This document shows positions 9,082 to 17,805 of a stretch of DNA of 64,000 bases, piece after piece. The position numbers and the translations under genes were made by a program. The DNA is taken from assembly GCA_039111475.1 (NCBI GenBank), contig JBCCIP010000010.1, forward strand, positions 62,677 to 126,676, written 5' to 3'. The stretch's first letter is position 1, and each line of letters starts with the position of its first letter. Source of the stretch: Pseudomonadota bacterium (GTDB lineage: Bacteria; Pseudomonadota; Gammaproteobacteria; Pseudomonadales; JAUIET01). The notes under the pieces are model-generated. The model saw only the letters and a program-made list of their open reading frames with translations. It had not been told where the DNA came from and made no database searches.

Positions 9082-10887
9082 TTAATCCCTGCAGCCGCTT
9101 TCGCCGAGCGTCTCGTATTCATTCTGAACAAAAGCACGCCGCGTAAACAGCAGTTTGTAAGCCGAACAGTATTCTTCCTGATCAGTGAAGCTGCTATCTG
9201 CAAGAAAACGCCTTTTCAGGTCTTCGAGCTCTATGTATTCAGGCGACATGCGAATTCCGTCATCGAGGCCAGTATCGAAGATCATTAATCGATTAGCACC
9301 GTCGGTATTCTGCCATGCAGTCCATTCAATTTGTTTTCCATCCAAACCAATTCCAGGATTTCCGTTGTGGGCGAAAGCAGCCCAATAAGACATCATGGAA
9401 TCAGACAGGCTGTCTCTCGCCGCGTGATGTGCCGCAGGATGAACAATATTGCTCATTCGGGTTACAAAATTGCCAAATACATAGGGAATTTCAAACCCAT
9501 GTGATGCGCCATACAATTCTTTCAAATCCAAAAATCCGAAGTTTCGCAAATCGTCAGCGTCAAACCGATAGGCAAAGACGCTCTCGCCTTGTGATTCACG
9601 CATAACTGCTGCCAAACTGTCGACGCCATCGATTTTCCACTTATCGCTGGCATAGCGATTGAATTTATCATAGCGTTGCGGGTCCTTAATCCCAATCGGC
9701 AATTTCATAAACGTATTGACGTGATCAGAACTGAAGCTCAGGAATATTTTCATTTCATCGCGATTTGTACCTAGCATTACAGGCACGGCATTGTAATTTG
9801 ACGGATGTGCAAATAATTCTCCGGAGTCCGAGACCTTGGGCAATACGATGCCATCGCCTATAAGGTCCAGGGTATTGAACACCTTGCCTCCCGTATCACT
9901 GCGGAAGGCCCGAAACATCGATTCAGTACTTTGCTCGCGCAGCAATACGCCAAGTTCGTCGTCAGTCATCGCCTCTTGTGCCTTCCTGGCAGATGCGTCA
10001 TCCGTGGCCTTACCTTCTGCGATCAACAATTGGTTTATGAATTGACGAGAACTGTGCTTGTGTCCGCCATCACTTTCATAATGCTCGGCTGTCTCTATGG
10101 ACTCAATATTCAAACCGCCACTTTGAACGATCGCACGGTGAAACAAATTTTTTGCCAGTGGCGATGCCATCAGCGCCAGCACGTTCCAGCCCCCTGCAGA
10201 TTCGCCAAAAATCGTTACCTTATTAGCGTCACCACCAAATTTGGCTATGTTTTTTTGCACCCATTTCAGGCCTTCTATTTGATCTAATGTACCGTAGTTG
10301 CTCGACGCATCACTGGGTATAGCCGGGTTAGCGCGCAATGCAGGATGCGATAGCCAGCCAAAGATGGACAAGCGATAATTGATGGTGACCACCACAACGT
10401 TGAATTTTGCGGCTAAGTTGGAGCCGTCATAGGCCGGGTGACTGCTACTGCCGCCATTATTTGCGCCACCGTGTATCCAATACATAACCGGTCGCTCTTG
10501 CGCGTTTTTAGGCGCGTATATGTTTAAGTATAGGCAGTCTTCAGAGCCATTGAATTCATTGTTTTCCGCAGCGGTCTTATTGTTTTGGCTAGCACACGCG
10601 GGGCCGATATTCAGTGCCGATTTCTGTCCTTGCCAGGGCGTTACGGGACGTGGGGCGCGCCAGCGTAAGTCGCCAACAGGCGGTTGCGCGTAGGGTACAC
10701 CCTCCCAGACCCATGCGCCCATATTGTTTTGGTAACCTATCAGGTCGCCGCTTTCGAGCGTAACGTGCGTCGCATCCGATGCAACAGCTATAGGTTTTCC
10801 GTCTGGCGAAACGTAGGCATACAACATAGCGAAGCAAGAAACCACCAGCACGATGAGAATTAGTGTGAATCGTAAAATAGTTTTCAA
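9082..10887 (-). CDS. Carboxylesterase type B (para-nitrobenzyl esterase-like), secreted.
   Basis: EDCLYLNIYAP and GESAGG nucleophile-elbow motifs. TTG start preceded by AAGGAG, giving the signal peptide MKTILRFTLILIVLVVSCFA. Confidence 0.85.
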   Translation of the reverse strand: MKTILRFTLILIVLVVSCFAMLYAYVSPDGKPIAVASDATHVTLESGDLIGYQNNMGAWVWEGVPYAQPPVGDLRWRAPRPVTPWQGQKSALNIGPACASQNNKTAAENNEFNGSEDCLYLNIYAPKNAQERPVMYWIHGGANNGGSSSHPAYDGSNLAAKFNVVVVTINYRLSIFGWLSHPALRANPAIPSDASSNYGTLDQIEGLKWVQKNIAKFGGDANKVTIFGESAGGWNVLALMASPLAKNLFHRAIVQSGGLNIESIETAEHYESDGGHKHSSRQFINQLLIAEGKATDDASARKAQEAMTDDELGVLLREQSTESMFRAFRSDTGGKVFNTLDLIGDGIVLPKVSDSGELFAHPSNYNAVPVMLGTNRDEMKIFLSFSSDHVNTFMKLPIGIKDPQRYDKFNRYASDKWKIDGVDSLAAVMRESQGESVFAYRFDADDLRNFGFLDLKELYGASHGFEIPYVFGNFVTRMSNIVHPAAHHAARDSLSDSMMSYWAAFAHNGNPGIGLDGKQIEWTAWQNTDGANRLMIFDTGLDDGIRMSPEYIELEDLKRRFLADSSFTDQEEYCSAYKLLFTRRAFVQNEYETLGESGCRD

Positions 10888-11040
10888 GAAAACTCCTTTG
10901 ACTGAGAGTAAGTGCAGATTGGGGGTTGGGCACTGCATTCAGGCGAGCGAGCGGACTAATTATGATGCTTGTCTTTGAACGCTTTTCGAAACTTCAGCTT
11001 CAACTTCAGATGCGTGAACTCCACGGATAAGCAGCAATCA

Positions 11041-11628
11041 TCAGGCCTTCGGAAATAGATTTAAACCGTTGAAAATGAAATCTATTGTAGTGGCCACGTG
11101 TTCCTCTCGGTCCTTGTGATTGAGCGCATAATATTCGGCCGCACCAATGGATGCAGAAGACGCCATGCGAAGGACTCTTCGCGCATCAACCCTTGAGATC
11201 GCATAATGTTCCATGGTTGCTTTGATCAAGAATCGTCCTAGGTTCATTCGCCGTTTTGTTCGAGACGTCTGAAATATGGCAGCAACATCGGGTTGATCTA
11301 CCAATACGGCCCACACATCGCCTTTAGAGCGCTCATCAAAATTATGGTTTACCACAGCCCTGACAATTTGCTCATACCCTTTAGCGCTCGCCAAACTGCG
11401 GCGAAGTTTCGAATACCTGCGTTCATCCTCTCTAGCGAGCAAGGCCTGCAATAGATCAAGTCTGGTATCGAAGTACTTGTACAACAGTGGCTTGCTGACA
11501 TTCGCCTGCCCAGCAATAGATTTCATCGTCAAAGAATTCAAGCCATTATTTACAATACACTGCTTGGCGGCGTCCAGCAGTTGTTCATGCCGGTCTTCGA
11601 CCGACAATCGGGATCTTTTCCGTGTCAT
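11041..11628 (-). CDS. TetR/AcrR family transcriptional regulator.
   Basis: HTH region LTMKSIAGQANVSKPLLYKYF and a size of about 195 aa. Confidence 0.85.
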   Translation of the reverse strand: MTRKRSRLSVEDRHEQLLDAAKQCIVNNGLNSLTMKSIAGQANVSKPLLYKYFDTRLDLLQALLAREDERRYSKLRRSLASAKGYEQIVRAVVNHNFDERSKGDVWAVLVDQPDVAAIFQTSRTKRRMNLGRFLIKATMEHYAISRVDARRVLRMASSASIGAAEYYALNHKDREEHVATTIDFIFNGLNLFPKA

Positions 11629-11748
11629 AATAATCTGATGTCATCAGTGAGGCGTAGGCAATAAAACTAACGTAGAAGATAGAGATAAGCCAGTCCTGAT
11701 TACGCATATTGTATCTATGTCAGCGTTCAAGTCGAATCGTTCAGGTTG

Positions 11749-11771
11749 TTATTATACAGTTGGTATAATAA
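11749..11771. promoter_or_regulatory. Perfect 9-bp inverted repeat TTATTATAC-agttg-GTATAATAA that overlaps TATAAT hexamers on both strands. Candidate TetR operator and -10 element.
   Basis: Read directly from the sequence. It lies about 120 nt upstream of the TetR gene start. Confidence 0.45.
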
Positions 11772-12300
11772 ATGTTCTACACTATTTTTCAATTGATATA
11801 GTTTTACCGCAAGAGTAAGTAGTCGCGGTAATAGGTACTAGCTGCTGTGATTCCATCAATATAAGGTAATCAGTCGGCGCAGGTGGCTATCCTAAAAGCC
11901 GCCAGTTTAACGACGATTGGCCAGCTGATGAATATGTGCCTACTCGCGCATCAAGCCCCGGATATGCTATCGATATCCAAGAGTGGGGTCACAGAGGGGC
12001 TGCATTCGATGAACCCAGCCGCTTCATCGATAGTATTGCCGTTGAGCAAACAAACGCAGCTACAAGCACCGAAAATCAGTGTTCAATAAAAGTTGGCGCC
12101 GCTGCCGAATAAGTCGGTAAAAATGGGCGTTGTCGTTGACATAGGCGAGTTCCTAGATAGGCAAAATGTCAATCTGCAACCGTTAGAACTAATATTGCTC
12201 GCTGTGCAGTGCCGCCTGAACACATCGATATTAGCGAAGCCCAGCCTGCGATAGCGGCAATTACAGAAACCAGACCTATATGGACTGTATTTGAATCCAA

Positions 12301-12355
12301 ATTGGATTTTTATCCAATCTGTTTACAGCGCTTCGTTGACTTGTTATTATAACAA
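12301..12355. promoter_or_regulatory. Cluster of dyad symmetries (ATTGGA-6-TCCAAT and TTGTTAT-t-ATAACAA) plus a direct repeat of TTCGTTGAC, upstream of the TonB-dependent receptor.
   Basis: Read directly. Located 170-230 nt upstream of the receptor start. Confidence 0.35.
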
Positions 12356-12527
12356 AGATATATTAAGGAAAAGCTTTGGAATGTTGTTGTTCGTTGACAA
12401 GGTATTATGTGCCTGTCACCACTCAACGAAAACTAACTACCAGTTCGTTAGCTGCGCGAAAACCTGGTTTCGTCAGTGATTTATAAGGTAAATCAAGGTG
12501 AGAAGTTCGTCGCTTCAAGAGGGAAAG

Positions 12528-14855
12528 ATGATTATGCAAGACATTAAGCTGATTAAAATACTATTTTTGGCAAGTTTCGTTTCTATTACTGTTTCCGCTG
12601 AATCGGCGGCGCAGGAAAATATCGGGTGGCAATTAGAGGAAGTCATAGTAACTGCGAGAAAAACAACTGAATCACTTGTAGATACGCCGATCGCGGTGTC
12701 GGTTTTGAGCACAGAGTTCTTTAAAGAGAGCGGTTTCAATACGATTACTGAAGTTGCAAAATTTGTTCCCGGTTTTGACTATTCGCCAATAACGACCACA
12801 CGCGCAGCTGCGCCATCGATTCGCGGAATTTCAACGTTTAGTTTTAGTGAAGGCTTTGAATCCAGCGTTGCAACGGTCATTGATGGCGTGGTGATGGGCC
12901 GCGAGGCGCAGGGCTTCTTCGATCTTTACGATATTGAGCGTGTTGAAGTGCTCAAAGGTCCGCAAGGCACCTTGTTCGGAAAAAATACATCAGCGGGTGT
13001 TGTCAACGTTATCACTAAAAAACCGGAGTATGATTTCTCGGTAGGTGGTGACGTCTTATTTGGCAGCCATGGAGAATTGCGCTTTCGTGGCTCCGTAACC
13101 GGGCCATTGATTGATGACAAGCTGGCCTATCGAATTACCGGTTCGAAGCACGAAAACGACGGGCTGATCGACAATGTGTTGGCTGGCGAAGACGACGTCA
13201 ATAGTAAGGACACTTGGTCCGTTAGAGCCAAGTTGCTGTTTAACCCAAGCGAACGCTTATCCGCCTTACTGACGCTTGACACTGTGAAAGAAGATCACGC
13301 CTGCTGTGTGGCAACATACAATACGGCCGGTAGTCCTCAAGATCTGGCAAATGGATTGTTATCCGCCGTGTATGGGGGTCTGGATCCTCTGTTGTTCTTG
13401 AACGTACCAGGCAGTGTGCCACACCTTCAAGATGCGCTGGCTGCAGCCGGTGTCACACCGGGTGAAGGCAACCGTTCCGTGGCATTGTTCGAAGATTCCT
13501 TGCGTCATGATTCTGAAGCGAAAGGGGTTGCCTTGGAGATTAATTATGACATTGGTGGCGCTACTCTCACCTCTATTACAGCGTGGCGTGATTGGGATAT
13601 TGATGAGACGAATGATCAAGACTTACTGGGTGAAGCTGACTTCTTTAACTTCAGTGGTGCAATGGCGTCCGCCAAGCAGGTCAGTCAGGAGTTTAGGCTG
13701 GCGGGTAATTGGAACGATTCAATCACCTATGTGGGTGGTCTTTTCTACTTTGACGAAGAGCAAGATGCCGATGGTGGTAATACGCTCAATATTTCACTCG
13801 CACCGGGTTTACTGAATCTGCGAAATCGTTCCATACGCTCTGTCGAGACAACGCATTATGCAATTTTTGGCGAAGTGACATGGGACGTGACCGACCGCCT
13901 ATCTTTAGTCTTTGGTGGCCGTTACACCGACGAGGAAAAGGAAGCGTCAGCAATTTATACAGAGACTGTGTTAGACCCCAGGTTTGGTTTTAACTCACTG
14001 GGTTTAGGTGGCGGTAATTATTCAGGTCGTACCACTGTAGAAGATACTGATTTTTCAGGCCGTGTCATTGGCCGTTACCGTATTTCCGATCAATTCAACA
14101 CCTACCTTACATTTTCGCGCGGTTACAAAGGCGCTGGTCTTGATGTTTCAACTGGGGTTAATCCGGCGAACATCGCCGTGGACGGAGAACTTCCGGTTGT
14201 ACAACCAGAAATCCCAACGCTTATTGAACTTGGTTTTAAAGGCGTTTTTCTGGACAACACCTTGTCGATAAATACGGCAATTTTCCATCAAACAGTTGAA
14301 GATTATCAACGCATAATCCGCAACGATGATCCCACGTTTACGCAAAATCTGGGTGTTGATGAAATTAAATCACAAGGTCTTGAAATTGATGCCAGCTATG
14401 CCACACCAATAGAAGGCCTGAGCCTGTCCGCATCGTATTCGTATATGGACGTCACCTACGAAGATTTTGTGCAGCGGCCAGACTTGGAGGGCACTCGAAT
14501 TACGACCGTACCCGAGATTTCAACTTCCTTCGTAGCGAACTACCGCTTTGATCTTGGCAGCACAGCGTGGAAAGCATTTTCACGGCTTGAGTACACCTGG
14601 CAAGATGATAAGAACACAAATGGAGAAACAAATCCTCGCTTCGACATTGACTCCTATGGTCTTCTTAATGTGCGATTGGGTGCCACGTCGCCGTCCGGGA
14701 AATACAACGCCAGTTTGTCAGTAGAGAATGTGACGGATGAAGACTACGCCCATGCGATTTTCTCTTCGATTTACGGCTTATTGGACAGTACAACGAATGC
14801 ACAGTTTTTAGGACCTGATAGAACTATCCGTCTATCATTAGGTGCCGAATTTTAG
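12528..14855 (+). CDS. TonB-dependent outer-membrane receptor.
   Basis: Signal peptide, a plug domain with a TonB-box-like stretch (EEVIVTARK), ERVEVLKGPQGTLFG, and a C-terminal aromatic residue (terminal F). The ATG at 12528 is preferred because of a GAGGG Shine-Dalgarno. Confidence 0.9.
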   Translation: MIMQDIKLIKILFLASFVSITVSAESAAQENIGWQLEEVIVTARKTTESLVDTPIAVSVLSTEFFKESGFNTITEVAKFVPGFDYSPITTTRAAAPSIRGISTFSFSEGFESSVATVIDGVVMGREAQGFFDLYDIERVEVLKGPQGTLFGKNTSAGVVNVITKKPEYDFSVGGDVLFGSHGELRFRGSVTGPLIDDKLAYRITGSKHENDGLIDNVLAGEDDVNSKDTWSVRAKLLFNPSERLSALLTLDTVKEDHACCVATYNTAGSPQDLANGLLSAVYGGLDPLLFLNVPGSVPHLQDALAAAGVTPGEGNRSVALFEDSLRHDSEAKGVALEINYDIGGATLTSITAWRDWDIDETNDQDLLGEADFFNFSGAMASAKQVSQEFRLAGNWNDSITYVGGLFYFDEEQDADGGNTLNISLAPGLLNLRNRSIRSVETTHYAIFGEVTWDVTDRLSLVFGGRYTDEEKEASAIYTETVLDPRFGFNSLGLGGGNYSGRTTVEDTDFSGRVIGRYRISDQFNTYLTFSRGYKGAGLDVSTGVNPANIAVDGELPVVQPEIPTLIELGFKGVFLDNTLSINTAIFHQTVEDYQRIIRNDDPTFTQNLGVDEIKSQGLEIDASYATPIEGLSLSASYSYMDVTYEDFVQRPDLEGTRITTVPEISTSFVANYRFDLGSTAWKAFSRLEYTWQDDKNTNGETNPRFDIDSYGLLNVRLGATSPSGKYNASLSVENVTDEDYAHAIFSSIYGLLDSTTNAQFLGPDRTIRLSLGAEF

Positions 14856-14870
14856 TTATTCTTGCATTCA

Positions 14871-14937
14871 TTTCCTCGTCCGAAAATAGAATGTACGGAC
14901 AGGAATTAACGAATAGGCTGTTGAGTAAATCAGTTTC
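14871..14937. terminator. Two imperfect GC hairpins between convergent genes. Possible bidirectional terminators, with no clear U-tract.
   Basis: TTCCTCGTCCG...CGGACAGGAA and GCTGTTGAG...CTCTACAGC. Confidence 0.3.
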
Positions 14938-14948
14938 TCTACAGCCTG

Positions 14949-15944
14949 TTATTGGCTTTCCCGCAGGATGATACGATCAATTAGGCTATCCAGCTTTGGA
15001 TCTGGTTGGTAACCTGAACGCATAAGCCGCTCTGTTATTTGCCACGCTTGTGTCATGCCGTCTTGCAAAGAAACGTTACAACGCCAGTCATTGATCAGAC
15101 GCGTGATCTTACGATTATCGAATAGAAGACTGTTGGACTTATCGCCCAGTAGCGGTCCCTCCAATCTAGGTTCATAGCGAACCAGCGTTTTAGACAAGAC
15201 CGGTGTGATGGCAGCTTCTTTTCCCATGGTATTGGCTACGCCGCGGAGTATATTATTCCAGGTGTGCGCCTCGCTGGCGGTGATGTGGATGCATTCCCCA
15301 AGCGATCCCTCCAAACCGCACAAGGCCACAAATGCCCTGGCAAAGTCGGAAGCATGAGTAAGCGTCCAAACCGATTCGCCATCTCCGTGAACGATAACCG
15401 GTTTGTTGTTTAATAGACGCCAGGCAAGATGGTTGCCATCGATGACAGTACTCGGTAGTCGCGCTCTATAGGTATGGCTTGGGCGGACAATTGTTACCGG
15501 TAAAATACCCGCTTCGTGCGCTTCTAGAAGCCGTGTTTCGCAGGCCGCTTTTCGGCGCGAATACTCCCAAAAAGGGTTTGAGATCGCCGTATCCTCGCTA
15601 ATAATGTGGCTGTGTGGCGGCTGTGCCCATTGCGATTTCTCATAGGCTGAGGCCGTGGACACGAAGACATATTGCGCGCAGTGTTTGGAAAAAAGGCCTA
15701 TATCGCGTTCAACCTGCTCGGTGTTATAGGCTAAAAACTGGCAAACAACGTCGAAGTCTTGACTCGCCAGTGACTGGTAGCTGGCGTTATCCAAAAAATC
15801 ACCGACCATCTGTTGAACTTTGTTTGGCGGCGGCGGTTTCGTCAAGCCTCGGTTAAACACGGTGACCTTATGTCCGGCAGCAATCGCTTGTTCCACACAG
15901 GCAAAAGAGATTTCACCCGATCCACCTACGAACAGTATCTTCAT
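14949..15944 (-). CDS. NAD-dependent epimerase/dehydratase family protein (extended SDR).
   Basis: N-terminal MKILFVGGSGEISFA glycine-rich motif and a length of about 331 aa. Confidence 0.8.
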   Translation of the reverse strand: MKILFVGGSGEISFACVEQAIAAGHKVTVFNRGLTKPPPPNKVQQMVGDFLDNASYQSLASQDFDVVCQFLAYNTEQVERDIGLFSKHCAQYVFVSTASAYEKSQWAQPPHSHIISEDTAISNPFWEYSRRKAACETRLLEAHEAGILPVTIVRPSHTYRARLPSTVIDGNHLAWRLLNNKPVIVHGDGESVWTLTHASDFARAFVALCGLEGSLGECIHITASEAHTWNNILRGVANTMGKEAAITPVLSKTLVRYEPRLEGPLLGDKSNSLLFDNRKITRLINDWRCNVSLQDGMTQAWQITERLMRSGYQPDPKLDSLIDRIILRESQ

Positions 15945-15947
15945 GCC

Positions 15948-16976
15948 CTATTCAACGACAGTAAGAGTGTCTTCACTGACCACTCTTGCACCACCAACAA
16001 ATTGCGCATCGAGAAAGTGATTAATTCTCAACGGTTGATCGACAAATCGTATGTTTCGGTCGATGCCATGCAGGTTTCTCGATGCGTCTAATACGTCGCG
16101 CGTGTCTTCTTGAAACACCAATCTGCCGTCGCCCAATTCCCCATTGTCCAATACGCGTAAGTGTGATTTCTGCTCACACTTCTTAAGGTCAATCGGATCC
16201 ATGTCACTCATTAGCAGTCCACGCCAATGCTTGGCTAATCTGGAGTGATAGGTGAGCGCTAGCATAGCACGAGGATTTGCTGAAGGATTGGGCACGCCAC
16301 GGTGCCACATACGTGGGTCCCTGAACACTACGCCGCCAGCGGGTATCAGCATGCGTTGTGGTGGGCCCCACTTTTCAAGCAGCGCGGGATGCGCTTCCAG
16401 GCGGCTACCTTGCAAAAGTTCAATCACTTCCGTTGCATGGTGCGTTCCAGGATAAATTTCCGTGGCGCCGTTATCCAAACTGATTTCGTCAAGGGCGACG
16501 GAACAACTCAAGGTCGTCGTTGGCGGTGGCCAGCTTTGGCCCGCCTGCGCAGCTTCCTCCGGGCTTTTCCAGGCAAAAGGGCGATCCATATGCAAAGGTT
16601 GCGAGGTACTGCCCGGGCAATTCACGTTGCCATTATAAAATCCAAGCCATGCCGAACTGCCCAGCACCGTGGCAACGATGGACTCGATGATTGGATTGGC
16701 GATAAGGTCCGACCTCACGTACGGCGCGTATCGCCTTAACCCCAGTTGCAAATGCCCTTGGCCGGTGTACTGCTCATGCAGCGTCGGTTTGCCAGCTTCT
16801 CGGATTCTAATCACGTCTTCATGTATCGAGTCCGCCAACAGAACGCAGGTGTCCTCCGACACCACACGGCTGACCACAGCGTAGCCGACCGTATGAATTT
16901 GTTGCACAATGCTGTTCAGCGTTGCTTCGTTGGGGGCTCCATCTGTTTTTTCTCGCTCAGAAATATCCACTACCAT
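15948..16976 (-). CDS. Phytanoyl-CoA dioxygenase (PhyH) family Fe(II)/2-oxoglutarate oxygenase.
   Basis: HxD...H-type facial triad context (PLHMDRPF, MWHRGVPN). An internal ATG start was chosen to avoid a 49-nt overlap with the downstream-read gene. The alternative start is at 17060. Confidence 0.6.
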   Translation of the reverse strand: MVVDISEREKTDGAPNEATLNSIVQQIHTVGYAVVSRVVSEDTCVLLADSIHEDVIRIREAGKPTLHEQYTGQGHLQLGLRRYAPYVRSDLIANPIIESIVATVLGSSAWLGFYNGNVNCPGSTSQPLHMDRPFAWKSPEEAAQAGQSWPPPTTTLSCSVALDEISLDNGATEIYPGTHHATEVIELLQGSRLEAHPALLEKWGPPQRMLIPAGGVVFRDPRMWHRGVPNPSANPRAMLALTYHSRLAKHWRGLLMSDMDPIDLKKCEQKSHLRVLDNGELGDGRLVFQEDTRDVLDASRNLHGIDRNIRFVDQPLRINHFLDAQFVGGARVVSEDTLTVVE

Positions 16977-17011
16977 GTTACTTACCTGCTTATCCAGTGC
17001 ATGTTCACCGC

Positions 17012-17515
17012 TTATTTCTCCGAGCCGTCGCGCCAGCGATGAGGTCTGTCTTTGGGCCACAATTGAACCATGACGCCGTTTGCAGAACAGGGAACGATAA
17101 ATACGTTTGGTGTTCCAAGACCTTTCAGTTCAACTCTGGCTTGTTGCAGCGCTTGAGCGCTTTCCTCTAGATCATCAACTCTAAGCGCAAGCACATGCAC
17201 GCCTTCACCGTTAGACTCGATCAAACCGGCAACCGGAGACTGGTCGTGTGCTGGCGCCACAAGCTCTAAAAACGAACCATCGTCCAGCGAAAAGAATGCT
17301 TGTCGAATGCCGACGTCCTCTAATTCGACATGGTGACTAAGTGATAGGCCAAATTGATCTCGCCATCTCGCGATACCGTCGTCAAGATCATTTACAAGAA
17401 TGACAAGGTGATCAAATGCTCGAATGGCCAATACAGCGTTCTCCTCCAATGTAATGACGTAGCTGCAGTGTCGTCTCTGCAGCCGCCTATACCTTAGTTC
17501 GCTCACTAAAAACAC
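17012..17515 (-). CDS. VOC/glyoxalase-family small protein.
   Basis: The IRAFDHLVILVNDLDDGIARW motif is typical of glyoxalase-like proteins. The start is uncertain. Confidence 0.55.
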   Translation of the reverse strand: MFLVSELRYRRLQRRHCSYVITLEENAVLAIRAFDHLVILVNDLDDGIARWRDQFGLSLSHHVELEDVGIRQAFFSLDDGSFLELVAPAHDQSPVAGLIESNGEGVHVLALRVDDLEESAQALQQARVELKGLGTPNVFIVPCSANGVMVQLWPKDRPHRWRDGSEK

Positions 17516-17805
17516 GGCTGTGTCGTTCGCTCCCGATCTACAATCGCTTGCAATTCATCTTCACCGCAAGCCGCTAAATATCGCAAGTCTGAAACGCGAC
17601 CTTAACTTTGTTCATAGCAACTATCGCGCGCACTTAGACCTGAGTGAGTGATAATTCTATTATATCAATGATATAATAGAGGATAAGCTTGGTCAAATGT
17701 TGTTATTGATTGCGCAAAGAACGTATGGAATAAAGGCGATGGTTTATTTCTATTCTATTAAAGTTATAATTAGTCTATGCCTTAATAATTGAGTTTAGTG
17801 CTCCA

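Noticed and set aside
12515-14345. Small ORFs on the opposite strand within the TonB-dependent receptor gene (for example 13359-13619 and 14148-14345).
   Set aside because: They are embedded in a high-confidence 785-aa receptor gene with no start or RBS support.
16977-17060. Upstream ATG of the PhyH-like gene, which overlaps the next gene by 49 nt.
   Set aside because: The overlap is atypical for same-strand neighbours. The internal ATG at 16976 removes the overlap while retaining all conserved regions. The assignment remains uncertain.
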